From contig NW_027266264.1 of the NCBI RefSeq assembly GCF_022045235.1, positions 84,072,001-84,136,000 on the forward strand: 64,000 bases of DNA, read 5' to 3'. This document shows positions 48,401-60,132 of the stretch, one piece after another. The translations under genes and the position numbers were made by a program. Under the pieces are notes generated by a model, which did not search any database, was not told the origin of the DNA, and saw nothing but the letters and a program-made list of their open reading frames with translations. Every line of letters starts with the position of its first letter. Positions within the stretch are counted from its first letter, which is position 1. The DNA is from Haliotis cracherodii. Taxonomy: Eukaryota.

Positions 48401-49611
48401 ATTGAGCAGCAGTTGTGACAAGTACATAACAATGTCAATTAAAGAATAGGAATTACACAATAGATGTCCGGTGAGTTATCACTGCAGAGGTCAAGAGTTC
48501 TACCCACTTATGTCAAACTAGGCATCACTAGCCACTCCATTCAGTGAACTGTTGTTGTTTTTTATGAAAACACTGTTTGTTATTACAGAAGTGTTTTACT
48601 AGTGGTAATAAGCAGTACTATTTGCTGTTTGATTGGATTAAGGTATTGATATTCCACTGGGGATGGAGTGGGGGGGGGGGGGGGGGGGGGGGGAGTTGCA
48701 TTGATTTTGAGTCACATGTTTTGCGAGGGGTCAGCAGTCGTATTAATTTGGAAATGCATTAATTTCAAGATTTTCAGTATGCAATCAGACATCAGGTAAA
48801 CTTCAATCAAGAAAATAAACAAGGAATTCAGAGCAAACTTTTTGAAACTCTTCACATTTCATGTCAATGATATAACAATCCCCTTGGTCTGATGGGGGCC
48901 TCATAAAGTCTATATTCTGAGCTTCCCTGATGGTAGCCAGGAATTAATCTCAAGTTTGCAATTAGGATGTAGGGATGTGACATTGTTTTGATGTTTGTTT
49001 TGACATTGTTGGATTGCATTGTCACCTGTTATTAATGGTTCGCGTGGGGGTCTCTTTTTAACCATTTTGGAAAATTATGTTAATATTAAGGTATACCCAC
49101 AAATAAAGAATGTCCATAATATAAAATATGTGACAAGAAAGTACTTCCTTTTAACTTAATCCAATGCCCTTTTGTAACTAGTTCAACGAGTGTAACTGTC
49201 TCATGGCTTGTATTATGTTAGCATACAGTGGACAGGAAATATTTGTATCAAGTTAGGTATCAGTTTTTTATCATGGGAGGGGAGGGAAATTGGTCTTAGG
49301 ACTGTATCATATTCTGTTGACACCCCCACCCCGCGCATTTCATGTAACATTTTTCAAGGCAAAGTTTTCGGTAAGTTCTTAGTATAAGAATATCAAAGTT
49401 ATTCAGTACCTTTCAAAATGTATTAAAAAATGAGGATCCCTCATACTCATATTAAATTCATTCACTCAAAAAGATGCATTAGGGACTACACTTGTGTTTC
49501 TTTTTTTTCCCTGACATTTAGTGTGATATTTTTTCTGCATTTCAGTGGACAGATGGTCAGTGCCCGTTTCACTTGTGTAGTACATCAGTGGCGTCCAGCT
49601 CTATGTTGTGA
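30220..49611 (+). CDS. MAU2: MAU2 (Scc4) chromatid cohesion factor / cohesin loader subunit, complete, about 595 aa
   Basis: 18 exons: 30220-30456, 30590-30607, 33414-33479, 33732-33827, 37248-37370, 37968-38123, 38527-38602, 39073-39146, 40512-40602, 40984-41087, 41569-41646, 43246-43311, 44223-44350, 44555-44632, 45236-45347, 47488-47578, 47898-48025, 49546-49611 = 1788 nt in frame to TGA. Recognisable MAU2 motifs: [101 protein letters not shown]. The start may be ATG 30226 (AAAATGG). Confidence 0.96.
30590..30607 (+). CDS. MAU2: MAU2 exon 2, 18-nt microexon (WSVSSS)
   Basis: ttttcag acceptor; followed by U12 donor GTATCCTT; fills the 6-aa gap between HLEKA and exon 3. Confidence 0.85.
30608..33413 (+). 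other. U12-type (minor spliceosome) GT-AG intron, MAU2 intron 2
   Basis: 5' splice site GTATCCTT (30608-30615); branch site ACCTTAAC (33398-33405) about 10 nt from the CAG; no polypyrimidine tract. Confidence 0.9.
32859..33060 (+). mobile_element. Interspersed repeat (possible hAT-type end, CAGGG start); second copy at about 42080-42230
   Basis: Shared aagtaatgaaat.gtgtagtgtact...ataattactttagagcct block. Confidence 0.5.
33414..33479 (+). CDS. MAU2: MAU2 exon 3
   Basis: [22 protein letters not shown]; U12 branch site CCTTAAC just upstream. Confidence 0.88.
33732..33827 (+). CDS. MAU2: MAU2 exon 4
   Basis: [32 protein letters not shown]; a second in-frame CAG acceptor lies 6 nt downstream. 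Confidence 0.9.
34051..36582 (+). mobile_element. Decayed DIRS1-type tyrosine-recombinase retrotransposon (internally deleted)
   Basis: About 155-bp imperfect ITRs (34051-34207 / 36400-36560). Internal complementary region at 36259-36326 matches both termini; TTT ends. Relic peptides [15 protein letters not shown] (35437-), [13 protein letters not shown] (35877-) and [22 protein letters not shown] (35963-36031). Confidence 0.85.
37248..37370 (+). CDS. MAU2: MAU2 exon 5
   Basis: [23 protein letters not shown]...LFLLSKGM. Confidence 0.93.
37445..37614 (+). mobile_element. tRNA-derived SINE family A (other copies 20433-20602 +, 55829-56013 -, 62916-63083 -)
   Basis: A box TAGCCTAGTGG, B box GGTTCGA, body TGTGTGAAGCCCATTTCTGGTGTCCCC, (TCAC)n tail. 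Confidence 0.85.
37968..38123 (+). CDS. MAU2: MAU2 exon 6
   Basis: LLLIDKKM...[21 protein letters not shown]. Confidence 0.93.
38322..38485. mobile_element. Diverged copy of the CAGT-ended MITE at 4038-4211 (opposite orientation)
   Basis: Shared internal segments (gaactgacggatata, agtggtccctt) and CAGT..ACTG-TA ends. Confidence 0.65.
38527..38602 (+). CDS. MAU2: MAU2 exon 7
   Basis: [25 protein letters not shown]. Confidence 0.93.
39073..39146 (+). CDS. MAU2: MAU2 exon 8
   Basis: [25 protein letters not shown]; alternative in-frame acceptor gives a start at 39061. Confidence 0.9.
40044..40460. repeat. Inverted-repeat element with five tandem ~56-bp units plus one inverted unit, each carrying a minimal hammerhead-like motif (Penelope pLTR-like)
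   Basis: Units start at 40084, 40155, 40211, 40267 and 40323; the inverted unit is 40373-40420. Flanks 40044-40083 and 40421-40460 are also reverse-complementary. Confidence 0.8.
40512..40602 (+). CDS. MAU2: MAU2 exon 9
   Basis: [30 protein letters not shown]. Confidence 0.95.
40984..41087 (+). CDS. MAU2: MAU2 exon 10
   Basis: [35 protein letters not shown]. Confidence 0.94.
41569..41646 (+). CDS. MAU2: MAU2 exon 11
   Basis: [26 protein letters not shown]. Confidence 0.92.
42331..42848. mobile_element. Non-autonomous DNA transposon with ~75-bp imperfect TIRs
   Basis: CATCTTCCTGAGGCAAAGGAGTTAACTGA... versus ...TCAGTTAACTCCCTTGCGTTGGGAAGATG; left flank TA. Confidence 0.7.
43246..43311 (+). 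CDS. MAU2: MAU2 exon 12
   Basis: [22 protein letters not shown]. Confidence 0.92.
43399..43710 (+). mobile_element. SINE family D with tRNA-Leu-like head (other copies 2139-2410 +, 23743-23880 -, 35285-35415 +, 39186-39371 +)
   Basis: TGGCCCAGTCGTCTAAGGCGCC...GTGGGTTCGAATCCC; (TCAC)n tail; TSD TCATACTGAG. Confidence 0.85.
44223..44350 (+). CDS. MAU2: MAU2 exon 13
   Basis: [21 protein letters not shown]...[12 protein letters not shown]. Confidence 0.92.
44555..44632 (+). CDS. MAU2: MAU2 exon 14
   Basis: [26 protein letters not shown]. Confidence 0.93.
45236..45347 (+). CDS. MAU2: MAU2 exon 15
   Basis: [37 protein letters not shown]. Confidence 0.95.
45602..47318. repeat. Compound minisatellite in MAU2 intron 15: 27-bp units (45602-46200), then related 32/33-bp units
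   Basis: GTCAGTGCTTGCACCACTACAGGCAGG, then GTCAGAGCTCACACTTGTACCCCTACAGGCAGG. Confidence 0.95.
47488..47578 (+). CDS. MAU2: MAU2 exon 16
   Basis: [30 protein letters not shown]. Confidence 0.95.
47898..48025 (+). CDS. MAU2: MAU2 exon 17
   Basis: [43 protein letters not shown]. Confidence 0.93.
49546..49611 (+). CDS. MAU2: MAU2 last coding exon
   Basis: [24 protein letters not shown]; WTDG motif as in other MAU2 C-termini. Confidence 0.9.
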   Translation, partial: WTDGQCPFHLCSTSVASSSML

Positions 49612-52600
49612 AAGCTGACTCAGGTGGGGTCCAAATGACCTGGCTGTGTATAGAATATATGGACCTGGGCTTCAGGCCCCCCTGTCTGTGGTTGCCATGG
49701 CTACAGTGGAGCCAACTGCAAGCAACCATGAGGGTCCTTTGAAATGTGTTAAAACACATCATGGCAGCAACAAGGAAACCTGAACGAACATTGTTCTTGT
49801 TTCTGGTTTGGGCTCTCCTGAGAATCCAAGCACAGAGCAACAGCAAGTGTTGTGGTACGAGGCAGTTCCTTACCCCCTCAGGACAAGATCTACAGAGCTT
49901 GACTGACATGAGTTGTTATCGGAACATGATGTCAGGGAATAGTCAAACCTCTTGCTCACAATTGGAGATGTTTCGGAGGGCAGGATGAGTCACAACACCA
50001 GCAGAGCTGCCACATTTGTGGACTCAAAGTTGAGATACCCATCAGGAGGAAGGGCAGGTCCCTTTGCTATTGTTCTTGTCATCAATCGATATCATGGTTA
50101 GCAACGTCTCTAATGCAGATATTTCTGCCATATTCATATTCCTCGGAAGGGACTGAGACATTTATCCTACATCTACGGTGACTGAGTTTGAACACTGTTA
50201 TGCGACGTGCACACTTGATTTGTCCTGTTAGCTGCTAGTAATGCCTGTGTTCATCCTATATGTTGACTGCAGTTTATTTCAGTCTCACTTTACATTTTAC
50301 AGATAACTGTTTTAGTTTTACATTATATGCAGAAGTGCTGAGAGAAAATGATCTTATCCTAGAACATTTTATTTGACCCCATTTAAACGGTAGTAGATTT
50401 TATATTACAACACAAGTAATTTCACTTCAGTGTAACAAAATAGTGTTTGATACCTTTATTTTTTCAGCCCTATGATATGGCTTGACATGCAATAAATAAG
50501 ACGATGCTAAACAGTTTTATATAGAGCAGTGAATTATTTTGTTTTTAACATAAAGTCAGATTCAAAACCTGTTATATAGTTGAACATGTAATATGCTTGT
50601 GTTAATGTTGATTCTACGACATTCTTCACTCTGAAAAGAGACTCAACTAATGAATTCTATCAGTACCTTACGTGTAAATATACTGACTTTTTTTGTGCCA
50701 ATTGCATCTGCATCATGAACGTTGAAATCATCATCCTGTCAGTCACAGTGTGACCAAGTCTTACAGTAACCCATCACTAATTTATGAGTCTGCGACTTAA
50801 GCCCCAGTCTAGTAAAATTCTGTTCTCTCTAGTAAACTCCACTTATATTATGATAAGAGCAAAGTTTGCATGAGTAGACTAAAAAACATTTGGCGTAGGC
50901 AAGTACAGGATAATAATATCATTTCCTATTGTTTATGTAAAAGTCTGGCTACAAGGTTAGGTTCATATGAAACAAAGCAATTTTAATGGTATACATAATA
51001 TTATTATACACTTAAAGTGGATTTATTAATTTAATCAATGAAGTTCTGATTGAGTATATACTTAAGTGAATGGATCATAATTTTTAAACCGGTGTATTAC
51101 ACAAAGGCATTGTGTCCCTTTGTGAAATTGGTTTACTTGATGATTGTAATTTGGTACTACCATGTGCTGGGTTTCACAGAATAAACTTTTAAAGTCATGG
51201 AATGTAACATAATTAGGAGAAGCAGGCATGGAAGAGAAATAGCATTACAGCCTGACCTGATTATTCATCTAACAACATTAACTGCAACATACATTTATCA
51301 TGTAAAGTTTATCCATGCGAGGACGTGGCAAGGCACCGTTACTCTTGCCATGGCCTGTTTTCATTCATCATGTGATAAAAGACTTTGTCCCTTCTATGTA
51401 TAATCCGTTTCACATTTTGTAAAGTTGTATCCAGATGTTCTCATTATCAGCTTGATGCCATGAATAACTCTTTGCAGGTTCTGGGAATAATATTTTCATG
51501 GGCGTATACTTTATCAGTGATAACTAAGTATTGCTTTCTGAGGTTTAAACAAGGATTCAAGATGTTGGAAAGGTTTTACTTTATGTACAGTGAACACATT
51601 CATAATTATAGCTGTGGTTCTTTTTAACCATAATCCTTAAACTGAAAATGTCTCTTCTATTTCATATCAATTATCACATCGAGGTGGAACGATGTTATGT
51701 TTGCCTTTCATAGCCATTAAATGATATTAGTGCTGTATTTCAAGGTTTTCAACATAGCTAAATCACTCATATATATATTTTTAGATATGACACTATTTTC
51801 CTTCACACCAATCCACAATGTGTGTTAATGATATATGCTGGTACGCCCTAGTCTGACACAGCTATGGCGCCTTGTCGGTGGAGAGAGAAGGTTGATACCA
51901 CTGAGGGAGTTAGTACCAATCTGTGATGGATCCCCTTGCTGTCGAGGTTTATGTCGAACCAATGTACATGGTCATTATCCTGTATGTCTTGTCTTTATGT
52001 TGTGATTATCAATACCCATTGTCATTGTTACTTTCTGTTTCATCCTAAAGTCAATATTTTTATGGCTGTGTTTCATGTCATACCAGGAAAAGTGTGTGTT
52101 AATTTGTGTCATTCTTTATCCTAAATATCAAGATATTCTCACATCATTGAAATGAAATCGAAAGTATGTTTTGTATGTGATGTCATACAGGACCTGATTC
52201 AATGAATGACTGTTCCTACCTGCAAGGCACAGATATGTCAGACATTAAAATATTACCTCTAATTTACTGATAATTATTGCAACAGTGACCTCCTGTATAC
52301 TGGAGATTTTGGGTTAGAATAGGTCCCAGTACTTTATGGATAGGAAGGTGAGGCGTGGTGACTTGGTTGATTGCATATCATCATGCCCCAATGACCTGGA
52401 TTGTTCCTCAAAATGTCGATTACAGGCCATGTCATAGATAGAATATTGAGTACAACGTTACACAACAAACCAACAGAAAATCATAATCATATTGCCTTGT
52501 AATATCATTTTGGCCAATAAATCATTTTAGGTGACAGGGCATGATTGCCACTCACTCAACAGAGTTGCTTCCCTTAACCTGACCAGGAGCTGCTTATCTA

Positions 52601-55359
52601 AGCCTTAAAGCTAAAGTCCAGATGTTAGGTCTGTCAGCACCATAACTATGCTAGTGGGTTTCATCTGAGTGATAAATGTATACAGCCGTCTCCTGAGCTG
52701 AGCATTGTGATAGGACTGAAATATTTTTCTAAGCAATGTTGAACTTGAATGTACTTGACAGAGTATGGGACAGTTCATCAAACCATGTGTCTTGTATGCT
52801 TCTGCTTCAGTCTGCTGCTTTGGACAAACATAAGTGAAACATTGTATGTCAAACAAAACGTGATTCAAAATTATTTGGTAGGGGATTATCACTAAAAGTA
52901 TTAAAGGTATATAGAACATGATTTCTTTGCAAAGATTCAGAAGTTGTTAATTATGTGCAGCTATTTGTATACTAGAATGGTTAGATCGCTTAATTTAAGG
53001 TAACTGGTATTAATTTAAACATGATTATAGAATTTTATTGATTAATACAAACAATTACTATATCTTGACTAACTATGGGAAAGGATATCTGGAAATACTG
53101 AGTACCACCTGTATTAGATAGACCTCTCATAACTGCCAGCTTAATTACTTTAAATGATTGAAAGTAAAACTGCAAAAATGTAAGAATAATCATGAAATGA
53201 TGTTAGTTTGCATGAAGTTCTAGGCGGTATGTTAATTCTGTCCGAAACCTGTTCCTCAAAGTCATCTTGACAATATGATCATTGTAGCCTACTTGTTGGT
53301 ATGAGTTACAGTTCTGAGACAAACACTTTTCGGAACAGAAACCGTTCAGATAAACCCACACTGAATATCTTTTTGTTTAGAAATAAAAAATATATGATCT
53401 ATGTACCAGAGATATGCATGAATTGAGGCGATACATTTATTTCTACATGTTAACTGTTCTGCTGTGTTTCTATGTCTTTGTTTGCTATTCAATCATGATG
53501 AATTTCTTCAATAGAATAACAACTCTATGGGACATTTTCACATTGAGGACATGTTAAGATGGATCAGACACAGGGCAGTAATGTAGGAGAACAACCTTGT
53601 GGCCAGTATCAAAACAAAAACATCAATGTCAACCTTTTAGATCAAGTTCAAGTTAGGCCAGACTCTTTGTTGAAAGAGAAGACTAAAGACACTCAGCATG
53701 GATTAGGTGTCAGATTGAGATAGGGCTAACACTTTCGACTGATTTTCGCCCACTGTGATAGAGGTATAATGGATTACAAGTGAGACAACATTTAACCAAG
53801 CAGGCCTTTAACTTTTTATGCTAACAATAGACAGGGTTACAGTTGGTCACCAGCAACCGACTTGGTGTGCTTGACATATGAGGCAGCTTGGCTGATTGTG
53901 TGTCACCTAGTCCAACAGCTTGGGGCATGGCTCATAATATCAATCACTGGTTTATGTGGTCCAGATTTGATCTTCAGGGCCCAGTTACATAGTTGGACTT
54001 TTGTTGCTTAAACAACAAACTGACAACCCCATTGCAGGAAATCATGAGGAATCCATTACATTTATGTCATCGTGTAGGTTCAGGTGGACAAGTTGGTGTC
54101 TGTGGATGATACTGCTCTGTGACTTGTTGAAGTTTCTGACAGCTTACTGACTGAGAGATCATGTACGTTTCTGTGAGAACAGCCAGTTGACCAAATGAAG
54201 TGCAAAGGAGGGATGTGGAAATGACTTGTTTCTGGTATGATCATGGAGCTTGCTGATTACTGTTATTTTCTCTCTTGTTTCACTCACCTCATTGAACGTC
54301 ACTACAATACATGTAGGTTGATGTACACGTAGGAGTGCTTTGTAAATACGTCATTTTTATGTATTTTACAATCAAATCAAGTTTATAAAAACATAAAAAC
54401 TAAGCAGGTGTTTGTCGTTTTTTTATGGGTTTTGTACAGGCTCCAACATTGACAAGACATGTTTATGATGTAATAAATTACAAGATCAATCAAGTGTTTT
54501 TATAAAGGTAAATACATACACAACCATATACTAGAATGTTTGCAAGTGGAGGACTCGGGCAATTACAAGACATGTTCAGAGAACTAGTATTGCCTTCCAT
54601 CGATGGACTCTCGTCTAGAGGTTGTCCTATGTGTCAAATGCCTACTATTACTCCTATGCTACTTGGCCGAAGCTGTAATACCGTCACAAAGCAAAATCCA
54701 TTTTTCCAGCAAAGTGCTTTTCACAATGATCTGGTAGGAATGAAGTGTTCATAAAATCAGGACTCTGCCCATGCCAACGTAGATGTTTACTGAGGTTTGA
54801 GAGTTTTAAAGAAACTAAATGTGAAGATATGTATGATTGGAACCTTAAGGAAAAGTGCCTAAAATGATGGTTGCGAGGGAAGTGAAAACGTAAAAAGATT
54901 TAACTGACTAGTGAAGTCCAAATTAGATCTCGAACGTGACTGTCCAGGTCGGTAGTGATCTCGCTACACTTCCCGTGTCAGTCCCTCTACAGAGTAGTGC
55001 CCATCTCTCACCCACCCTTTCCACCCAGGCCCCGCCTCTGCGGATTAGATTCATTCGACTGGAAACGAGATCAAAGGCAAGATGAAATTTACTCCGGGAA
55101 TAGTTTCTCCAGTGCACAATAGTTGACATTTCCGGGTAAAGAAATAGCTCGTCTGCGAGGCGGTATCAAACAGTTCCGAGTCTGGCATATCTGGGTTGTT
55201 GTGATGCGTACGTGTGACAATTGTCTTGACCTCTTTGTTGAGTCATCTTTCACAAGTGGCGTGCTTCAGTGCGATGACTTGCTGATAATTGACTTCCACT
55301 TTGATGTATCCCACCCCTTAGCAAGGAAATGGACAAAACTGAGTAAAAATGAATAAAAG

Positions 55360-56440
55360 AAAATATCCAAGAGGGTCAATCACCAAAGAATATTGATGAT
55401 AGTAATGATTATGAAGGATGAAGGAATTTCAGCCTGGGAGAGAGTTTGGAAGATGGCCCCCTGATCTTATGGATCGTCCAACAGCAAAGAAACCGCTGAT
55501 GCCGTCCACAATCTTTTACTGAAAAATAGGCCCATTACGCTCCATGAAGAGACCACATGCTTCTCGTAGAGATCAATAGAAACAATCCTCCATGAACATC
55601 TACTTATAATGTCAAAGATGTGTTCCTAGTTGGCAAATAGAATACTATAGGATAAAATGAAGCTACGCGGACCTCCGCCTCTGATGCCTTATCAACCAGA
55701 TACAATAGAAACCCTGAAGATTTTCATTTTAGGTTGGTGGCCAGATGAGACCTGGAGCCATCATTACGATGACAGGTGCAAACAGGAATCCGTGGGGTGG
55801 AAACACTGCGGGTTCCCCAAACCAAGAGTGAGTGAGTGAGTGACTTTGGTTTTACGCCGCTTTTAGCAATATTCCAGCAATATCACGGCGGGGGACACCA
55901 GAAATGGGCTTCACACATTGTACCCATGTCGGGATTCGAACCCGGGTCTTCGGCGTGACGAGCGAACGCGTTAACCAGGCTACCCCCCCCCCCCCCCCCC
56001 CCCCCCCCCAACCCCCCAAACCAAGAGGCTTACAGCAACCAGACTTACTAAGATAGTTATGGCCACCTTCTTTTTTGACGGCTTAATACACATCGATTAT
56101 TTACCACGGAGAAGGAACACCCAAGAATGGTGAATATTATACCAGCTTATTTGAAAGATTGCGTGCATGTGTCAAAGAGAAGCGTCGCGCCAATCTTCGA
56201 CGTGATGTTCTCCATCAGGACAATGCTCCGGTTCACACCAGTCATGTTGCACTAGTTGCTCTTAATGAATGTGGATACGAGCTACTGGCCCACCCACCTT
56301 ATTCAGCAGCTCTGGCCGCTGGTGACTGCTGCGTGTTTTCACAATGGAAAACAATACTTGCATGGTCAGAGATTTATCGACGATGAATTGGTTGTTGCTG
56401 TCTAAGGCTGGTTGACAAACCTGGATATGACTTAAGCAAA
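55360..56440 (+). mobile_element. Mariner (DD34D) transposase pseudogene, interrupted by a SINE
   Basis: DETWSHHYDDRCKQES.W (55744-), VMATFFFD, and LHQDNAPVH..HPPYSAALAAGD with exactly 34 residues between the last two Asp. Frameshifts and stops; TIRs not resolved; boundaries approximate. Confidence 0.88.
55829..56013 (-). mobile_element. SINE family A inserted into the mariner relic
   Basis: 14-bp TSD CCCCAAACCAAGAG at 55815-55828 and 56014-56027. Confidence 0.88.
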
Positions 56441-56949
56441 ACAGTGATAACTTATATTCACCACTCACTCGTACTAATAGATTTCCATTACATTTACCCT
56501 TTTCACTCATTTTAGCCATATTTGACTATACGACCATGTCAAACGTCCCAAACTTCCAAGTGTAAGAATTCTCGTCAGCCCTAAGAACATCTCTGAAGAT
56601 GTTTACGCCAATATTGCAAAGTTTCCCACAACATTATGATAAGACATTTCCAGTGGACCAAATCGGGCAAAGTCTCCTTTGTTGTCATATGAATCGAGTG
56701 GTCTAAACTTGTAACTGATGTGAGCCGGGTGGCGTGGGTCGTTGGTCGTGTTTTAGTCAGGTATATTTACACCCCCTTATCTTGCCAGATGCTCAAAAAC
56801 ATCAATAATTCATTAATGATTTGCCTACTTATACATGTTCAGATGACTGGAATTAGCAAACTATCTCTGTACCAACATTCATCCTGATGTATTCATTAAT
56901 GTCTTATCAGCCAGGAAATAATACAATAAACTGCCGGGCCGCTGTAAGA

Positions 56950-57246
56950 TTTTTTTGTTTGTTGTTTAACGCGGCACTCAGCAATATTCCAGCTATATGA
57001 CGGCGGTCTGTAAATAATCGAGTCTGGACTAGACAATCCAGTGATTGACATCATGAGCATCGATCCACGCTATTGGGATACGATGACAGCGAGCCTGACT
57101 ACCCGATCCCGTTAGTCGCCTCTTACAACAAGCATTTTCGCCTTTTACGGCAAGCATGGGTTGCTGAGACCTATTCTACCCGGATCTTCACGGGGGAGAC
57201 AAGGCATGGGTTGCTGAGACCTATTCTACCAGGATCTTCACGGGTC
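56950..57246 (-). mobile_element. SINE family B, non-tRNA head (other copies 5284-5465 -, 8645-8836 -, 18056-18325 -, 20780-21097 +, 24830-25103 -; degenerate 41150-41370 +, 52310-52475 +)
   Basis: 13-bp TSD GGCCGCTGTAAGA; conserved core AATAATCGAGTCTGGACCAGACAATCCAGTGATTGACATCATGAGCATCG; (AAAC)n tail. Confidence 0.85.
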
Positions 57247-57669
57247 GGCCGCTGTAAGACAGTATACACCCATGTTTACTGATGACTAAGAATTAAACAA
57301 ATTAGAAGTGGTTATTCAATGTTGATTTAGGGATATTGGTCGATCATTTTTTACAACTCCGAAGCTTAAATTATTTTGTTCAAGATCCTTTGGGGACAAA
57401 TCTGTTTTCGATAAAAGCCCAATTTTTCTGTTGCAAGGCAATTTGCATTCGATGTAATATAAAAATGTAATAAATCCTTCCCAGACTGATGAGACGAATG
57501 TTTTTCTATTGTTTGTAATACTTGTCTTTTGTAGCAAACAAATACAAGTTGGATAATAAATAGGCCGTGATCCAGCTATAAGAATTTCCGGGTTAAACCA
57601 TTATCAGCTGATGCTGATATACATACCTATTTCTGAAATAATACACAGGTTCTGCACCTCCCATGTACT

Positions 57670-59186
57670 TAACAATCTTCTGTTGAGGATCTCAGATATA
57701 GTTTACAATATTCTGTTGAGGATCTCAGATATAGTTGACAATATTCTGTCTAGGATCTCAGATATAGTTAACAATATTCTGTCTAGGATCTCAGATATAG
57801 TTGACAATATTCTGTCTAGGATCTCAGATATAGTTGACAATATTCTGTCGAGGATCTCAGATCTAGTTGACAAGATTCTGTCTAGAATCTCAGTTATAGT
57901 TAACAATATTCTGTCGAGGATCTCAGATATAGTTGACAATATTCTGTGTAGGATCTCAGATATAGTTGACAATATTATGTCTAGAATCTCAGATATAGTT
58001 GACAATATTCTGTCTAGGATCTCAGATATAGTTAACAATATTATGTCTAGGATCTCAGATATAGTTAACAATATTCTGTGTAGGATCTCAGATATAGTTG
58101 ACAATATTCTGTCTAGGATCTCAGATATAGTCGACAATCTTCTGTCGAGGATCTCAGATCTAGTTGACAATATTCTGTCAAGGATCTCATATATAGTTCA
58201 CAATATTCTGTCGAGGATCTCAGATATAGTTGACAATATTCTGTCGAGGATCTCAGATATAGTTGACAATATTCTGTCTAGAATCTCAGATATAGTTGAC
58301 AATATTCTGTCTAGAATCTCAGATATAGTTTACAATATTCTGTTGAGGACCTCGGATATAGTTGACAATATTCTGTCTAGGATCTCAGATATAGTTAACA
58401 ATATTCTGTCAAGGATCTCAGATATAGTTGACAATATTATGTCTAGGATCTCAGATATAGTTGACAATATTCTGTCTAGGATCTCAGATATAGTTAACAA
58501 TATTCTGTCTAGGATCTCAGATATAGTTGACAATATTCTGTCTAGGATCTCAGATATAGTTGACAATATTCTGTCGAGGATCTCAGATCTAGTTGACAAG
58601 ATTCTGTCTAGAATCTCAGTTATAGTTAACAATATTCTGTCGAGGATCTCAGATATAGTTGACAATATTCTGTGTAGGATCTCAGATATAGTTGACAATA
58701 TTATGTCTAGAATCTCAGATATAGTTGACAATATTCTGTCTAGGATCTCAGATATAGTTAACAATATTATGTCTAGGATCTCAGATATAGTTAACAATAT
58801 TCTGTGTAGGATCTCAGATATAGTTGACAATATTCTGTCTAGGATCTCAGATATAGTCGACAATCTTCTGTCGAGGATCTCAGATCTAGTTGACAATATT
58901 CTGTCAAGGATCTCAGATATAGTTAACAATATTCTGTCTAGGATCTCAGATATAGTTGACAATATTCTGTCGAGGATCTCAGATATAGTTGACAATATTC
59001 TGTCTAGAATCTCAGATATAGTTGACAATATTCTGTCTAGAATCTCAGATATAGTTAACAATATTCTGTCTAGGACCTCGGATATATTTGACAATATTCT
59101 GTCTAGGATCTCAGATATAGTTGACAATATTCTGTATAGTATCTCAGACATAGTTAGTTATATTCTGTCGAGGATCTCAGATATAG
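57670..59186. repeat. 33-bp minisatellite, about 46 copies
   Basis: AGGATCTCAGATATAGTTGACAATATTCTGTCT. Confidence 0.95.
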
Positions 59187-59946
59187 CTTTCCTTCCACAT
59201 TGAGGCGTTTACCAAACTCACACACACATTATTCTCATGTGAGCTTTAGGTCCTTTAGGCGTTGTCCGTCCGTCTGTTAACTATCGTGTATTGTGATGAA
59301 TCCAACTATCGAAAGTTCACGAACAAAGACGAAGATGCTAGAACGTCAGCAGTTAGTGTCTTAGATTTAACTATAAACAATATTTCAGTCGACATATTCT
59401 AGGCTATATATATACATACAACGTCGGATGAAGAACCCACCAGCACAGGTATACTGCTGTTCTGCCAAGAGTCCCAATCAAAGCAAATCTGGAATTCATG
59501 CTAAAGATACGGGCATCCTGACACGACTAAGGGACGCAACTATGCTCAGCGGTGTCGCTTCCTATCAGCGAGGCAATGACAGTGTAATGTTGTCGATATG
59601 AGGCACCTTGCTGCTATTAGGCATACTGAAGGGTGCACATGTCCTAGTATCCACGTTCTTATTCAACACTGCTCAGAAATACTAAAATACAATGATAAAA
59701 CATATCCCATGTGTTCTATGGCTGGTTGATTTGTTATTATTAAGGACGAGAACCAAACAATGACGTCCTGTGAAACATGTACCCGCAAAGATGAATGGCA
59801 CACGGTGTTTGTTTCTGCGCGTGAACAGAGGTCGACATGCGGTCTTCAGTAATATAAATTCACGTTGATATGCACACGGGCTACGACAATTATAATGTCA
59901 CGGTGCGACCATTTGTCTTGCCCAAAACAATCTGATCAGTCTCCTA

Positions 59947-60132
59947 CCCCCCCCCCCCCCCCCCCCCCACCCCAAAAAAAAACAACACACACACACACAC
60001 ACACACACAAAAACAACACACACACCGACGCGCGCGTGTACACACACACACGAAAACACACACACACACGAAAACACACGCGCGCGCGCGAACACACACA
60101 CACACACATACACGAACACACACAAACTCACA
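59947..60132. repeat. Poly-C followed by a (CA)n-rich low-complexity tract
   Basis: Seen directly. Confidence 0.9.
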
